Below are positions 12,215 to 25,796 of a DNA stretch of 64,000 bases, piece after piece. This stretch comes from Octopus sinensis (Eukaryota): assembly GCF_006345805.1 (NCBI RefSeq), contig NC_042999.1, forward strand, positions 167,152,001-167,216,000, given 5' to 3'. How positions within the stretch are numbered: the first letter of the stretch is position 1; each line of letters begins with the position of its first letter. Below the pieces are notes generated by a model. The model searched no databases. It worked only from the letters and a program-made list of their open reading frames with translations, and had not been told where the DNA came from. The position numbers and the translations under genes are program-made.

Positions 12215-12246
12215 CTTTCAGTATTGAAAAAAAAATTATGAACATA

Positions 12247-12650
12247 GGCACAGGAGTGGCTGTGTGGTAAGTAGCTTGCTAACCAACCACATGGTTCCGG
12301 GTTCAGTCCCACTGCGTGGCACCTTGGGCAAGTGTCTTCTACTATAGCCCCGGGCCGACCAATGCCTTGTGAGTGGATTTGGTAGACGGAAACTGAAAGA
12401 AGCCTGTCGTATATATGTATATATATTTATGTATGTGTGTCTGTGTTTGTTCCCCTAGCATTGCTTGACAACCGATGCTGGTGTGTTTACGTCCCCCGTC
12501 ACTTAGCGGTTCGGCAAAAGAGACCGATAGAATAAGTACTGGGCTTACAAAGAATAAGTCCCGGGGTCGATTTGCTCGACTAAAGGCGGTGCTCCAGCAT
12601 GGCCGCAGTCAAATGACCGAAACAAGTAAAAGAGTAAAAGAGTAAAGAGT
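12247..12650 (+). mobile_element. tRNA-derived SINE family A, full-length
   Basis: A/B-box-like head (gtggctgtgtggtaag..gggttcagtcc), central TA/GT tract, (agtaaaag)n tail; multiple copies in window. Confidence 0.85.
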
Positions 12651-13196
12651 ATAGAAAAATCATACATTATTCTCTATTTTTGTAAGCAGTTGTATGTATG
12701 TATTGTATGTTTTTATTTTTGTAGGCAGTATAAATTAACCAAATATAAGCAAATTAACCAAATAGAACCTGTATAAACTGCTAATTTGTCATTGTAAATA
12801 CCTCGCAACCTTGTGATGCTGCGATTATTATTAACTGGTAATTGAAGGTTTTTTGTCAAGAGTTTCACCTCCAGCCTTTCGTTATGTCAGTCAACGCACA
12901 TACACTGACACACCCTTCCGCTGTCGTGGTCGTACAGACGGAAAGTTACCGATGCGTAATGTTGTTCACAGGATATCAATTATTTGTTTATTTCAAATGC
13001 AATAGAAATAAGATGATCTTAGTGTTATCACATTAGAATTAAAAGTGAAAGAATAAAAATGAAACAATATTATACCATATTACAATATAGATCTTATTCT
13101 TTCACTTTTGACACGTAATACCAAATTGATTGGAAACAGACAGACAGACAGACAGACGGGCAAAAAGACACAAAGAATTTTATATGGAGAGAGATT

Positions 13197-13353
13197 AGGC
13201 CGGCGTAGCTGTATGATAAAAAGCATGCTTTCCAACCTAATGTTTCCGAGTTCAGTCTCACTGCGTGGCACTTGGGTGTTTTCTACTATAGCTTCGGGCC
13301 GAGCAAAGCCTTGTGAGTGGATTTGGTAGACGGAAACTGAAAGAAGCCCGTTG

Positions 13354-13357
<4 letters not shown>
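13197..13357 (+). mobile_element. SINE family A, 5' half
   Basis: Matches 12247-12410. Confidence 0.75.
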
Positions 13358-13404
<47 letters not shown>

Positions 13405-13564
13405 TTACCAAAGTTTGCCGAAACTATGCATAGTCCAGAGATGAAAGGGGTAAACGTTTTTATTTCTCTTTCAATTTCAGAATTATAACTATTAGCGGTT
13501 TGAGTTTGACTGCTCTTTCTAGTGAGTCGAATGCCCTATTATGGCCATTCCTTATATTTTTGAA

Positions 13565-13604
<40 letters not shown>

Positions 13605-13693
13605 AGTAAAAAGGGTAATAAAAATAAATTCTTATTACCAGCGACCTAGCACAAAAGACGAATTAGTCATTAGACTATACGTTATTCATATAT

Positions 13694-13977
13694 AAGTACA
13701 TTAAAAGGCTTCCAATAAAGAAGCAAGTGCTAGATACATAAAGAGGGGATAAATTCTCGAAATGGAAAGAAAATTAAAAACGTTTACCATCTCAGCCAAT
13801 CTTGTACTGCAGTTTCGTCTTTTTTTAGCAAATGGATAGAATACATCTGCCAAGGCCGGACTAGCCAGCAAGAAGCCTTTATAATCCAAGCTATAATTAA
13901 TTTTCTTTCCATTTCGTGAAGTTATCCCCTCTTTATGTATCTAGCACTTGCTTCTTTATTGGAAGCCTTTTAATGTA

Positions 13978-13980
<3 letters not shown>
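13694..13980. repeat. 84 bp inverted repeats enclosing a degenerate hammerhead
   Basis: Arms 13694-13777 and 13897-13980 (2 mismatches seen); spacer minus strand CTTG-CTGGCTA-GTC...GAC-GAAA-CTGCAG-TA-CAAG (13801-13872). Confidence 0.75.
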
Positions 13981-14011
<31 letters not shown>

Positions 14012-14012
<1 letters not shown>

Positions 14013-14213
14013 TTTATTTAAAAGCAGCAGAAATTCAGCAAAACCTGTTACTCGGAGTTTCACGCTCCCGTTCGTCGGACGAACGGGAACGTGAAACTCC
14101 GAGTAACAGGTTTTGTTGAATTTCTGCTGCTTTTAAATAAAGCATATTACTCTACTCCTGGTATTTGAGTACTCTTTTTTCCATCTTGTTTCACATTTAT
14201 GTGTTTACTCCGG

Positions 14214-14278
<65 letters not shown>

Positions 14279-14480
14279 CTTTATTTAAAAGCAGCAGAAA
14301 TTCAGCAAAACCTGTTACTCGGAGTTTCACGCTCCCGTTCGTCGGACGAACGGGAACGTGAAACTCCGAGTAACAGGTTTTGTTGAATTTCTGCTGCTTT
14401 TAAATAAAGCATATTACTCTACTCCTGGTATTTGAGTACTCTTTTTTCCATCTTGTTTCACATTTATGTGTTTACTCCGG

Positions 14481-14482
<2 letters not shown>
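14012..14482. repeat. 267 bp tandem duplication, each unit with a 131 nt near-perfect palindrome of PLE-pLTR type
   Basis: Palindromes 14012-14142 and 14279-14409 (65 bp arms, 1 nt loop, 2 mismatches); units separated by (TA)n. Confidence 0.9.
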
Positions 14483-14550
<68 letters not shown>

Positions 14551-14574
14551 GTGTGTGCGTGCGTGCGTGTGTGT

Positions 14575-14770
14575 GTGTGTGTGTTTGTTTCTGTTTATCT
14601 CCCCACTACCGCTTGTCAACCGATGCTGGTATGTTTGCATCCCCATAACTTAGCGGTTCGGCAAAAGAAACCGATAGAATAAGTACCAGGCTTAAAAGAT
14701 AAGTATCGGGGTTGATTCATTCAAGGTCGTACCTCAGCATGGCTGAAGTCTAATGACTGAAACAAGCGAA
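14575..14770 (+). mobile_element. SINE family A, 3' half
   Basis: cttgtcaaccgatgctgg..ttagcggttcggcaaaaga..gactgaaacaag. Confidence 0.75.
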
Positions 14771-15479
14771 AAACAAACGATGAATTCACTTATGTCCCGT
14801 TTTATTTTGGAGATTTTTACACTAAACAACTCGTTTGGTAATGTCAAGTTCAAATTTTATAATTTTAGTTATGTCACCTGTTATTAAAAAAAATATATTT
14901 GCTTATAATTCTAAATTTGAAATATACGAGGTACGTCTGCTGTATTTTAAATTTGTATCTGTATTTCAGATTTAGTGCAGACAGAGAAAGTGATACTTTG
15001 GCTTAATTTCAACAAATCGTTAGAGAATATTTTTAGTGGTGTAAACTTAAACCTAACTCTAAAGATTTCAAAGAAACAGAAAATACAGAAGGCTCACATT
15101 TCCGAAAACGTAATCATAATCATTGGTTATTACAGTACATTTTTCTACTAGAATCATAGCTGACATGTTTAGTTTAGCTTTAGCTATAAGCATCTACGTT
15201 AAAATGCTTGTAATTTCGGATCCAAAATTAATGATTATGTTCTAAATTTAGATTACATATGTAATATCTACATTCTTTGGGATACCTTCCCACCTCTAAC
15301 ATTTGCCATTTTCCCCCAAAATCTGGTTCTAATTTTTCTTTTGCGATTATTATTACCATAATCGCCCCTCTCTCCCCCCTCTCTCCCAACATTTATATAT
15401 AATCAACACCTTTCTGGGTTTTGATGTTGATGTAATTTTGGAAATTAAAAAGAATTGAAAGTAACTACAGGGACAGAAC

Positions 15480-15860
15480 TCTCTCTCTCTCGTCTCACGC
15501 TTTCTTTCCTTCTTTTTTTCTTTTTGTCTTTCTTTCTTCCTTTATTTTTCTTCCTCTCTTTCCTCTCTCTCTTTTCCCTCTCTCTCTTTTCCCTCTCTCT
15601 CTTTCTCTTCCCTCTCTCTCATTCTCTTATCTCTTTCTCTTCCCTCTCTCTCATTCTCTTCTCTCTTTCTCTTCCCTCTCTCTCATTCTCTTCTCTCTTT
15701 CTCTTCCCTCTCTCTCATTCTCTTCTCTCTTTCTCTTCCCTCTCTCTCATTCTCTTCTCTCTTTCTCTTCCCTCTCTCTCATTCTCTTCTCTCTTTCTCT
15801 TTCTCTCTCTTCCCCTCTTTCTCTCCTTCTCTCTCTTTCCAGCTCTCTCCCTTTCTCATG
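15480..15860. repeat. CT-rich polypyrimidine tract with 32 bp minisatellite
   Basis: Unit ctctctttctcttccctctctctcattctctt repeated about 5-6 times. Confidence 0.9.
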
Positions 15861-16538
15861 CCCATTCCACAATATATGAATAAATATTACGAGTATTGTA
15901 CGTCTAAAGGGCTTTATTTATGCTCCCTGTCCCAAGCTTGCATACTATCATAACCGAAACAATCCCATTAACTTTAGTAGTAGATATTGCTGTCTTAGTA
16001 GATACGTTTTAATCATTATTTGTTAAGCCTGAATAAATGATTCAAGGATGTTGTTTAGTTTCATGTTAACTCTGATCAAACTGACTAGTGGTATTCGAGT
16101 TTTTCAAGTTTAGACCATTTTGTGTGTGTGTGTGTGTGTGTGTGCGTGCGCGCGTGTGTGAGTGTGTGCGTGTGTGTGCGTGTGTGTGTGTGTGTTTGCT
16201 AGGGTACACTATATTCAGGACTTAGTCAATGTGTTATTTTTCTTATGAGAGTAAGGTGCGATTTGAGAAAGATGACTGAATCATTTCAGCAAGAAGAGGC
16301 ATTCCCCGGATATGTTTTTGTCTTATTAATTCTCCTTTGCGAATCATAGACATCAACGTATTAGATAAAGTATTGATGAAAAATCCAATAAATATACACT
16401 TTACACCATTATATAATTATTCTTAATTTTCACTGCATGAAAAATCTGTAACTTGATAATTGTTTTGCAAGCAGATTGCGAATTTAAGTAATTTCAATGA
16501 TTTGATAAAAAAAAACCCTTAATTTTTCACGCCTACAC

Positions 16539-16852
16539 ACAAAAGTGTTGAAGCAATACATTAGATCTCTAATGGATTATATCAACCCATTCGTAATTTT
16601 CAATCCTTCCATAACAAAGCAACGAACTACACAGAAAACAGAACATCCCACTTCGCTTTATGAGATATAGTACAAAGACAGTAGACATAGATCATCTACA
16701 CAATGAAAGAAATTCAGAAGAAATAAAAGAGACCCCATGAACATATAAGGGAGACAGTTTGTTGTCCCAACCAATTTTAGTCTTCACAGTTCCCGTAGCT
16801 ACACGAAAGCTACCCTCCAACAATTCAGGTGCACATACAGCAATTCAAAGCA
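16539..16852 (+). repeat. 314 bp inverted duplicate of 20952-21265
   Basis: Reverse-complement identity with 4 substitutions seen. Confidence 0.9.
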
Positions 16853-19333
16853 TTAACTTAGTTTTAATGATACATTAACTTAGTTTTACCAGGCCCACTT
16901 TGACATGTTTATGCTTCATTGGTGTGGTCTATGACAGAGACATGAGCAGAATTTTGTTGTTTTCCTTTTACCACTGAAGTATTTCTAATTAAATTTTGCT
17001 GGTACCTTCATCGAATATGCTAATACTAGTTTAATTATTGTTTTTCATGCGGATGGTGTCTTTCATTACATTAAATATTTCTAAATTTCACAATGTTTGT
17101 TTTAAATTGAAAACTTATTGAAAAATGTTCACGAATATTTTGCTTAAGATTTTTACTTGTTCATTGCAAAATTTCTACCTTCACATCACCACAGAACCGG
17201 ATGTAATATTTAGATTGTCAATGAAATTCCCCCTAATCCACTGGACTTATTTGATTATCAGCACATATATTCCTTTTATATAATGTGTCAGTGGAAAGTC
17301 AACGTAGTATGAGTCCATTCCACGGCAAATTAATGTAACGCCAAGCAAGCTCATATAATACGTAAATAAGGTGTATTGAGTCAAACTGAGAATGAAAAGT
17401 GGATGTGAAAGTCAGCTGATTGAAGGCAAGCATCCTTGAATAAGGAACCTATCTTATACTTTAAAGCTTATATTATTGAAATCCATGGTAATTTAGGTAA
17501 TTTTAAATTGTCAACAAGATGCTTTTGCTCCGATTTGGATCTAGCGGCCTATTTTGGTCTAACAAATATGGCTTCAATTCTATTGAAATATAAGTTCTTG
17601 TTGAATTAAATTAAGTGGCGATTCAATACCTAAATAAATACGATTCAATGTTCAAAGTGCTCAAATGTTCAATATGGTTTTTAAGCATCAGAAATATTTA
17701 TGTAAAAAAAAAAAAAAAAGGAAGTACTCCTCCCTGAAGATTATTTATCACTAAATTTAAGCTTTAAAAATAGAAGGTACAACAAAAGTAAAGTAACAAA
17801 GCATCTCTGATAATGTGTGTTACAGAACCAACACAGTTTTAGTCATGCACGTTTTAATATATTTATTGGGGAAGAGAATGAAGTTGTGTGAGATTCCTTT
17901 CATTCTCAAGAGAAGTAATAGATTAAAGTAATGTAAACTAGCTTACACTTAGAATGGAAACCGCACACATTTAACAGGGAGCTTACTTCTTGTAGAAAAG
18001 AAAATGAGACAATAAGAAAAGAAGTCAAAGAAACTGTTAAAGGCAAGATTATAAGAAAAACTGTAAATCAATCAGGAGAAAGAAAAAATAGTTGATGCAA
18101 ACAAAGACAACAGGCAAGTGTTTCAATCTATCCTGTGTTTTACTGAAGATTCTATCATTTTTATGTGTCGAGCAAAGGTCTCCTGGGTTAAAATCAGAGT
18201 CACAATTACAATGTTAATGTCTTAAGGGCGGTCTAGAAAGACTAGCTTGGTACGGAATTTATTCACTTTTTTCTCCCCCAACCTTATAGCGTTGCGTTTG
18301 AGGAGGGAAACTTTGAAAAGGAATTAACTTCTAACGATCTCACCGTACTGAGGGTTAAAGAAAAGACGACAGAATAAATAGTGCCTGATAAATATTTAGA
18401 TAGGTAAGAGAGTGAGAAAAAGGGGCTACCCTGAAATATTATCTATGTTTTGTGTGGGATTTTTTTAACGCAAATGTCCGGTTGATGCGATAACATCAAC
18501 AGAATTTACACATTCTCTGCTTTTGATGTCGGGTTAGTAATAATAACGATTTAGTGCTGGGGAAAAAAGAATAGAAAGAATAAACATAGAAAGACGGGGA
18601 AAAAATAGAGATATGGGATAAAGGAATGAGAAAGGGAAAGAGAGAAGGAAAGTGATAGACAGTCATAAGTAGAGTGACAGAGGTGGAGAGTGATAGATAG
18701 ATAAGGAAAGAAATAACTGGAATGACTGGGAAAGATAGCGTCAATGAAAAATAAAGTGAAAATGAAAGAATTTCCATAAAATAGTGATTTATCAAGTGAA
18801 TTCACTGACCCAGTACCAAGAAGGAGTAGCAAGAGTGATATGGAAATGGGTGTAACTTCTTATGTATATTGGTGGTTTAGTTTTGACAGTGGTTTTTGTT
18901 TGAAGCCGACAGAAATGGAAAGAGGACTGTTCTTGTTTTTGTGAATGCTACTTAAAGGTGTGAATGAAGTAAAATGATTCCACGAAGGAATTGAAACTAC
19001 ACTACATCCTACTTTGCCGCCAGTTTACTTCTTACACCATTGCACTCGTTATAGTTTATGGTGTATATGGATTGGAACTTATTTCGTGAAACTACGTTCT
19101 AAGTCTTTCAGTCGTGTAGTATAATGTTTACAATATGAAGGGTAAAAATGATAAGCGGTCAACGGAGAAGAAACTATATCAAGTCGTTATTTACTGCAGA
19201 GCCACGAGTATAATGACGCTCTGCATTTAATCTTTTTTATAAATTTTAGATTTGAAGAGTCATTAAGAAAATTAGCTGCAAGTATTGCTAATGTATTATT
19301 GTACATCTTTACAAAAATCACATATATCATATC

Positions 19334-19409
19334 ATGTATGTATGTATGTATGTATGTATGTATGTATGTATGTATGTATGTATGTATGTATGTATGTATG
19401 TATGTATGT
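19334..19409. repeat. (TATG)n microsatellite
   Basis: Direct inspection. Confidence 0.95.
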
Positions 19410-20258
19410 AGTGAGAGAAATGAAAAAGAAGATTGTGAAATATAAAAACAGTAATTTAAAATGGCAGGGCATCGCAGTCGGGAATAGATTAAATAGGATT
19501 TACCTTTACTTTAAAACATTAACATTTATTAAATGTTATATTTTGTTATGGTAGCAGCAAACAAAATTAGAAACAATTCTCTGAACGATAGGCCCACTGT
19601 AACCATTTTGCAGTATTACCTAAGGGCTTCTCCAGATATTCTTGCCTTGAAATTCCGGAATGGCTTTAAGCCCATTTTCAGGTATTGAGGAAATAGAAAT
19701 ACAGTTACAGGGAGAATTAATTGAATAATAATAAGATAATAAAAAAAAAACAAATTTAAGAAGAGCTGAAGTCATCATTTCTGGTTGCAACATCAGTTTA
19801 CATTTGTAAATTATCCTAAATTATGGGCTGTTTTAACCAAGATCTACTGGCGAATTCATTGTCCTATTTGGTCGAACATGGATTTAATGCCGTTTCGGTG
19901 CCTGTTAATTAGAAAGACAGACCGATTTCAAGAAGTCGAAGATACCTCTTACTAATATTGAACCAGATGTAAAAAATTACTTCCAACTGGCCCATCCATC
20001 ATATTAATAAATCAAGTAATTTTAGAGGCTTTTGTACAATTATGTCTTGGATTATAAAATAAATATTATTAAACTTTAATTTTCTATGTATCATAGTTGA
20101 CCGAATTCGCAGGAATCGAGTCACTGATGAAAAACATGATCTAAAGAGAGATCCGAGAAAGTTAAAAAAATAATGGTGTATCTGATAATGCAAACCAGCA
20201 GCAGGAAGATGATCGACCAAAAGACTAGGCGTAACCTACAGATCTGTTGTATCGTATA

Positions 20259-20649
20259 CTAGCAGTATCGTCCGGCGTTGCTCGGGTTTGTAAGGGAAAT
20301 AACTATATAAGCATTTTTAGAGATGTAAAGTATAATAGCCATCTCAATATGGCTAACCACAAAGTGTGGGGGGGGTGTTACTGTAGCTTTTTATGTTCTG
20401 AGATTTAATAATAGATTTTTAGAGAGTTACTTCCCTTATATAATAGCAAAAAAATGCATTAAAAATGGCAAAAAATGATTGTAAATTTTTTTTAAAATCG
20501 TAGACTCATCGTAGACGCGCGCTAATACGCAGAAGGGCTCGATATGAATCACGACTATAAGATACCCGGTTTTGGTTACACTGCATCACAAAATGTAGGA
20601 ATCTAAATCGTAGGAGACAGACACACAACTTCACTTTTATATATAAAGA
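20259..20649 (-). mobile_element. Non-autonomous Helitron, variant subfamily
   Basis: CTAG and hairpin end shared with 5840-6352; A|TC start at 20649; lacks the internal segment of the other copies and carries a 91 bp insert. Confidence 0.8.
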
Positions 20650-22040
20650 TTCCATGCTTCTGTCCAGTTACTAATTACATTTCACCCTCCTCTCAAATGC
20701 AACTATGGCGGTGCCATTTGGACATTAATTATCTCTGCTGTTCAGACTATTTCTGTACGTCTTAAGTTTCAGCTAACAGCTACAGCAGAAGCAGACAAAG
20801 TGGTTTTTGTCACTTTGTGACTGTTACTGTCCCTCTAAGAACCAATGGAATTATTGATTTAATGGCTACTTCTGTGTCTGCAATTTTTTATCGTGTTTGT
20901 GTAAGCTGAGTGAGAGACATAGGGTTTTCAGGATACTATGATGGTAGTAATTGCTTTGAATTGCTGTATGTGCACCTGAATTGTTGGAGGGTAGCTTTCG
21001 TGTAGCTACGGGAACTGTGAAGACTAAAATTGGTTGGGACAACAAACTGTCTCCCTTATATGTTCATGGGGTCTCTTTTATTTCTTCTGAATTTCTTTCA
21101 TTGTGTAGATGATCTATGTCTACTGTCTTTGTACTATATCTCATAAAGCGAAGTGGGATGTTCTGTTTTCTGCGTAGTTCGTTGCTTTGTTATGGAAGGA
21201 TTGAAAATCACGAAAGGGTTGGTATAATCCATTAGAGATCTAATGTATTGCTTCAACACTTTTGTTATTGTGTCATTGCTAGCCAATGTGATCTCAGTAT
21301 GATTGTATACCTATTTCTTTATTACCCACAATGGGCTAAACATAGAAGGGACAAACAAGGACAGACATAGGTATTAAGTCGATTACATCGACCCCAGTGC
21401 GTAACTGGTACTTAATTTATCGACCCCGAAAGGATGAAAGGTAATGTCGACCTCGGTGGAATTTGAACTCACAACGTAGCGGCAGACGAAATACCGCAAA
21501 GCACTTCGCCCGGCACGCTAACGTTTCTGCCAGCTCTCCGCCTTATGATTGTATACTGTTTTGGTTTTACAATACCTTCCACATATGATACAAATGTTGT
21601 GGAGGTGGTGTGTTTTCTGCGTGTATGGTGTTTATATCATTGAACACGATTGTTGGTTATATCTAATGTTATCTTGTGTTACTGGTAAGAAAAGGGACAG
21701 AGGTTTTGGTGAGTGCTATCTTAAGTCTGGTGTCTTGATGGCAGTCTTGTAGTTCATGGCTGTAGCTTTGGTGTAGTTGGGGTATATCTGTGTTAAGAGA
21801 ATTTCTGAAAAATGTGAGTTAGGTATCATCTGGATATGTGACAACATGTGTGTTTTGAGGTCTGGGGAAAATTCATTCAGGTACAGGTCGAAAAGAGTGG
21901 ATCATGGAATAGACACTTGTAGCTTTCCATTAGGAAAATTGCAAACTTTGGAGTGTTGTTTTTTTATTCTAAAGATAGTTTACTAGTCCACAGTTTGTGC
22001 TGTTGTTGTGTAGCCCCATGGCAACTCTTTTCTAGCAGAT
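20650..22040 (-). pseudogene. Decayed LINE RT region (clade uncertain), interrupted by SINE B
   Basis: Minus strand STLFDLYLNEFSPDL and THVVTYPDDT (21822-21848) resemble RT motifs 4/5; many stops; boundaries approximate. Confidence 0.5.
21315..21544 (-). mobile_element. SINE family B
   Basis: Matches 10090-10318. Confidence 0.8.
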
Positions 22041-24311
22041 CTATGAGGGAAAGCATTTCAGATGTGTCTATCTCACTTTTGTATATCTAGGACTACTTTG
22101 CCCAATGTATCATTACTTTTTGAAGAGGTTTGATGTGCGATTTCAGAGAGAAAAGGATGCACTTCTCTAGCAGATCGTACGAATTTGGTAAATGATCTCT
22201 CCTTAAGAGAGTATAAGAACGGCTAAACATTAACTCAACGTACTCTAATCAGCAACTAAACTTCAAACTCTATCCTACCATCTTTAAGATAGATAATTAT
22301 GCTGAAGATATTGTTCTATTTTTCAGATTTCAGATTATAAAATTACATCTTCACCGAATTGCCTTTTGTTTGAAGATTTTAATTTAAAAATTTAATCGGA
22401 GACATTTATCTCGTAAAACATTTTGTGTAAAAACGGTCGAAATATTGAAACGTAGAAAATGATAACGACAAACAAATATATGAAGGTATATGATTTGGAT
22501 CAGCATTTTAAGGGTGTGTCACTTAAATTAGGCTTTCCTGAAATCTTTGATAATCTGTATCTTCGAGCAAAACTGAAAATGGATTGAAATAAGTGTTTCC
22601 TAATAAAATTAAGCAACAAAGATGAAATAAAACATATTTAAAACCTTAAAGTCATGAATACATTTTTTTTAAATATAGGTTTTCTTTTCGTTGTTCCTTG
22701 GAGGACGTGAATGTTACAAAAAAAGAGCTGATGAGAAGCAACAGTTTTTATTGAAACCACTAATAAGAGGAATTGAATCGAAGTAATTCTTTTTAAGCCA
22801 GAGTATGATTCTTTTTTAGAGGACTTCTCAAATAGAAGTATAATAACGAGTCTATCAAATCTCTTTGAAAATAACTAGTGACCATTGGTCTATTAACGCG
22901 TATATTGCTGACATGTTGATGGCTTCAAGTGTCATGAGAGAAATCCTTATCAAAAATTTATTTTTAACGTTTACCGAAAACTCACTATCGTATTACTTTC
23001 TATACAACTTTACTGATATAAATAAGGGAAAGGAACATATATTATAAGACTTGATTACAGAGCGACACTTGAGCTTGGAATTACATAGAAGGCTGCATTC
23101 GTTTATTGTGGATAAAAAAACCGTTTGAATTTGGTCCAAATGGGAGTAAAATACGAGTTGAATTCATAATGGTTGGAGACTGAAGTGTGGTGGAGTGCGG
23201 ATGTTTGGCTGGCATAAAACAGATGAATTTATGAATGTTGAGATTAGAGAAAGGTGTTTGTTTCACACGGAGCCTGAGTTTCAGTTTAAAGAAATCGATA
23301 AAGTTGAATACGTCTTTAATTGTTATAAACCATCGTAAGTCACGAATGATGATAATTTCTTTAGTCACACAGAGTAGAGATGCATTATAATGTAGCAAAA
23401 TAATAATCATGAAGGTTTATTGAATCATATTTTCTTTTAAAATATTTGGATGATGCAGAATGAACTCAAAGAATCAAATTGATTGTATTTTCTTCAACCC
23501 GGAACAGATTCATTCTAAAGCTAAGAGTAATACAGTCGCTAGTAACAAACAATGTTTATAGCCCCACCATCAATAATAAGACGTAAATAAAACTGCGTAT
23601 TGCTTGGCATCATTCCACACCCATCAGTATTTAAGTAGGTTGCTCTACATATTCTAGCAAATACCCAACAGCTATATCAGATAGTCTGGCTAATTTATGA
23701 AAAGTGCTATTTTCATTATGCAAATATTTATGCATGTACTATATAGTTATATTTTTCTTCAAAAAACATTTCATATCTTAAAGAGCTGCTTGTATATAGA
23801 TATAGAATGAGAAATAATCTTTTGCTATAAGAAGAAAATCCCAACCTTAACGGATAATGTAACGTGAGAAAATTGGTTATGTTGTCATCGTATCGTATCC
23901 GAGATGCAAAAAGTACTGAAGAAATAAATAACAAGACGGATTTCTTACGACATATGGAGGGCATTAAAATGCTAACATCTTGATGCTTCTAGTTGTTCAA
24001 AGATGTAAGTATGATGTTATACAGTAGAAATGCACCGAACAGCTATCCTAAGAAGCTGCGTAAATCAACATTATGTACACAACGGATATGAAAATAATGC
24101 TGGACATCCATACTTCATAACAGCGTGAATCAGCTATAAAAGATAATTCAATAGTATGATTCCATTCCTACACACTGGCAATGTCATTTTCAATATTTCC
24201 CTTCTGTATTATTAGAGACCGTTTATTTATTTGGTAATAATTATTTTTATATTGCCAGAAGCTACGTTAAGATTTTCTTTCTTGCTAAATGTATCTGATC
24301 ATTGCATATAC

Positions 24312-24779
24312 TCTTTACTCTTTTTTTTACTCTTTTACTTGTTTCAGTCCTTTGACTGCGGCCATGCTGGAGCACCGCCTTTAATCGAGCAACTCGACCC
24401 CGGGACTTATTCTTTTGTAAGCCCAGTACTTATTCTATCGGTCTCTTTTGCCGAACCGCTAAGTGACGGGGACGTAAACACACACCAGCATCGGTTGTCA
24501 AGCAATGCTAGGGGGACAAACACAGACACAAAGATACACGCACACACACACACATATATATATATACATATATACGACGGGCTTCTTTCAGTTTCCGTCT
24601 ACCAAATCCACTCACAAGGCATTGGTCGGCCCGGGGCCATAGCAGAAGACACTTGCCCAAGATGCCACACAGTGGGACTGAACCCGGAACCATGTGATTG
24701 GTTAGCAAGCTACTTACCACACAGCCACTCCTGTGCCTATAAAATATCAGTCTAAAAAATAATTAAAACAGTGTGACAT
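24312..24779 (-). mobile_element. SINE family A, full-length
   Basis: Reverse-complement match to 12247-12650. Confidence 0.85.
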
Positions 24780-24982
24780 TTCATGAAGCGATATCGCATA
24801 TTTAATAGTCATGCTAATGGTTATATATATAAATAGTTGAGTAATGAAATGCATCATCTGATAAATGATCGAGTCTTCAACTTGTCTTATTTATTATTTA
24901 TGTAACTGGGAAAATTTATCACGTTAGCTGACATTTCTATTAATTTGTTGATTATTAATAGTTTTATAGATTTTATATTTAA

Positions 24983-25491
24983 CTAGCAGTATCGCCCGGC
25001 GTTGCTCGGGTTTGTAAGGGAAATAACTATATAAGCATTTTTAGAGAGTTACTTCCCTTATAGATGCCAATTCGGGCTTTCTTAGCCATTTCTGTTTTGG
25101 TATCTTCAAGCCATGAAGTCGTTGTTCTAAAAGAACGCTGGTCTCCTTGACAACGCTTTACGACGTTGATTTCCTTACACTCCCTTCCCCACAGCTTCAC
25201 GAGGGAGGGAAGAAGGGGGAGAAGCAAACAGGTGCAGCTGTGAACGTGGACGCCAACTCCGCCGCCATCGACACACGAAAAATTATGCATTAAAATGGAA
25301 TAAAAAATGATGTTAAATTATTTTTAAAATCGTAGACTCATCGTAGACGCGCGCTAATACTCAGACGGGCTCGATATGAATCACAACTATAAGATACCCG
25401 AATTTGGTTAAACTGCACCGCAAAATGTGGGAGTAGTTAGGAATCTAAATCGAAGGGGACAGACACTCACACAACTACAGTTTTATATAGA
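24983..25491 (-). mobile_element. Non-autonomous Helitron
   Basis: Reverse complement of 5840-6352; A|TC...CTAG|T termini with hairpin. Confidence 0.85.
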
Positions 25492-25589
25492 TATCTTTAC
25501 TTGATATATTTAATTATTGGGGTTGACATATTTATTAATCCCTTTACATAAACACTTTAATAATTTAGATTTGATATATTGGTTTCAGA

Positions 25590-25796
25590 TTTTGCCACAA
25601 GGCCAGCAGTTTTGAGGGCGGGCTTAAGGCGATTACATCGACCCCAGTGCTCAGCTGGTACTTATTTTATCGACCTCGAAAAGTGAAAGGCAAAGTCGAC
25701 CTAGGCGGAATTTGAACAACTCAAAATGTAAAGACGGACAAAATGCCACTAAGCATTTTACCCGGTGTGCTAACGATTCTGCCAGCTCGCCGCCTT
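25590..25796 (-). mobile_element. SINE family B
   Basis: gtcgacctaggcggaatttgaac..ctgccagctcgccgcc. Confidence 0.75.

Larger units (their letters stand above)
10758..13194 (-). mobile_element. Internally deleted autonomous-type Helitron, interrupted by an RTE-type repeat and a SINE
   Basis: 3' CTAG plus cccggcgttgttcggg hairpin at 10758-10786; RepHel N-terminal coding remnant 11600-12214; Helitron-like 5' end (TC..catataaaattctttgtgtc..(tgtc)n) near 13190; 5' boundary approximate. Confidence 0.6.

Noticed and set aside
22860-23450. Possible host exon or pseudogene
   Set aside because: No frame gave a recognisable motif; stops in the plausible frames
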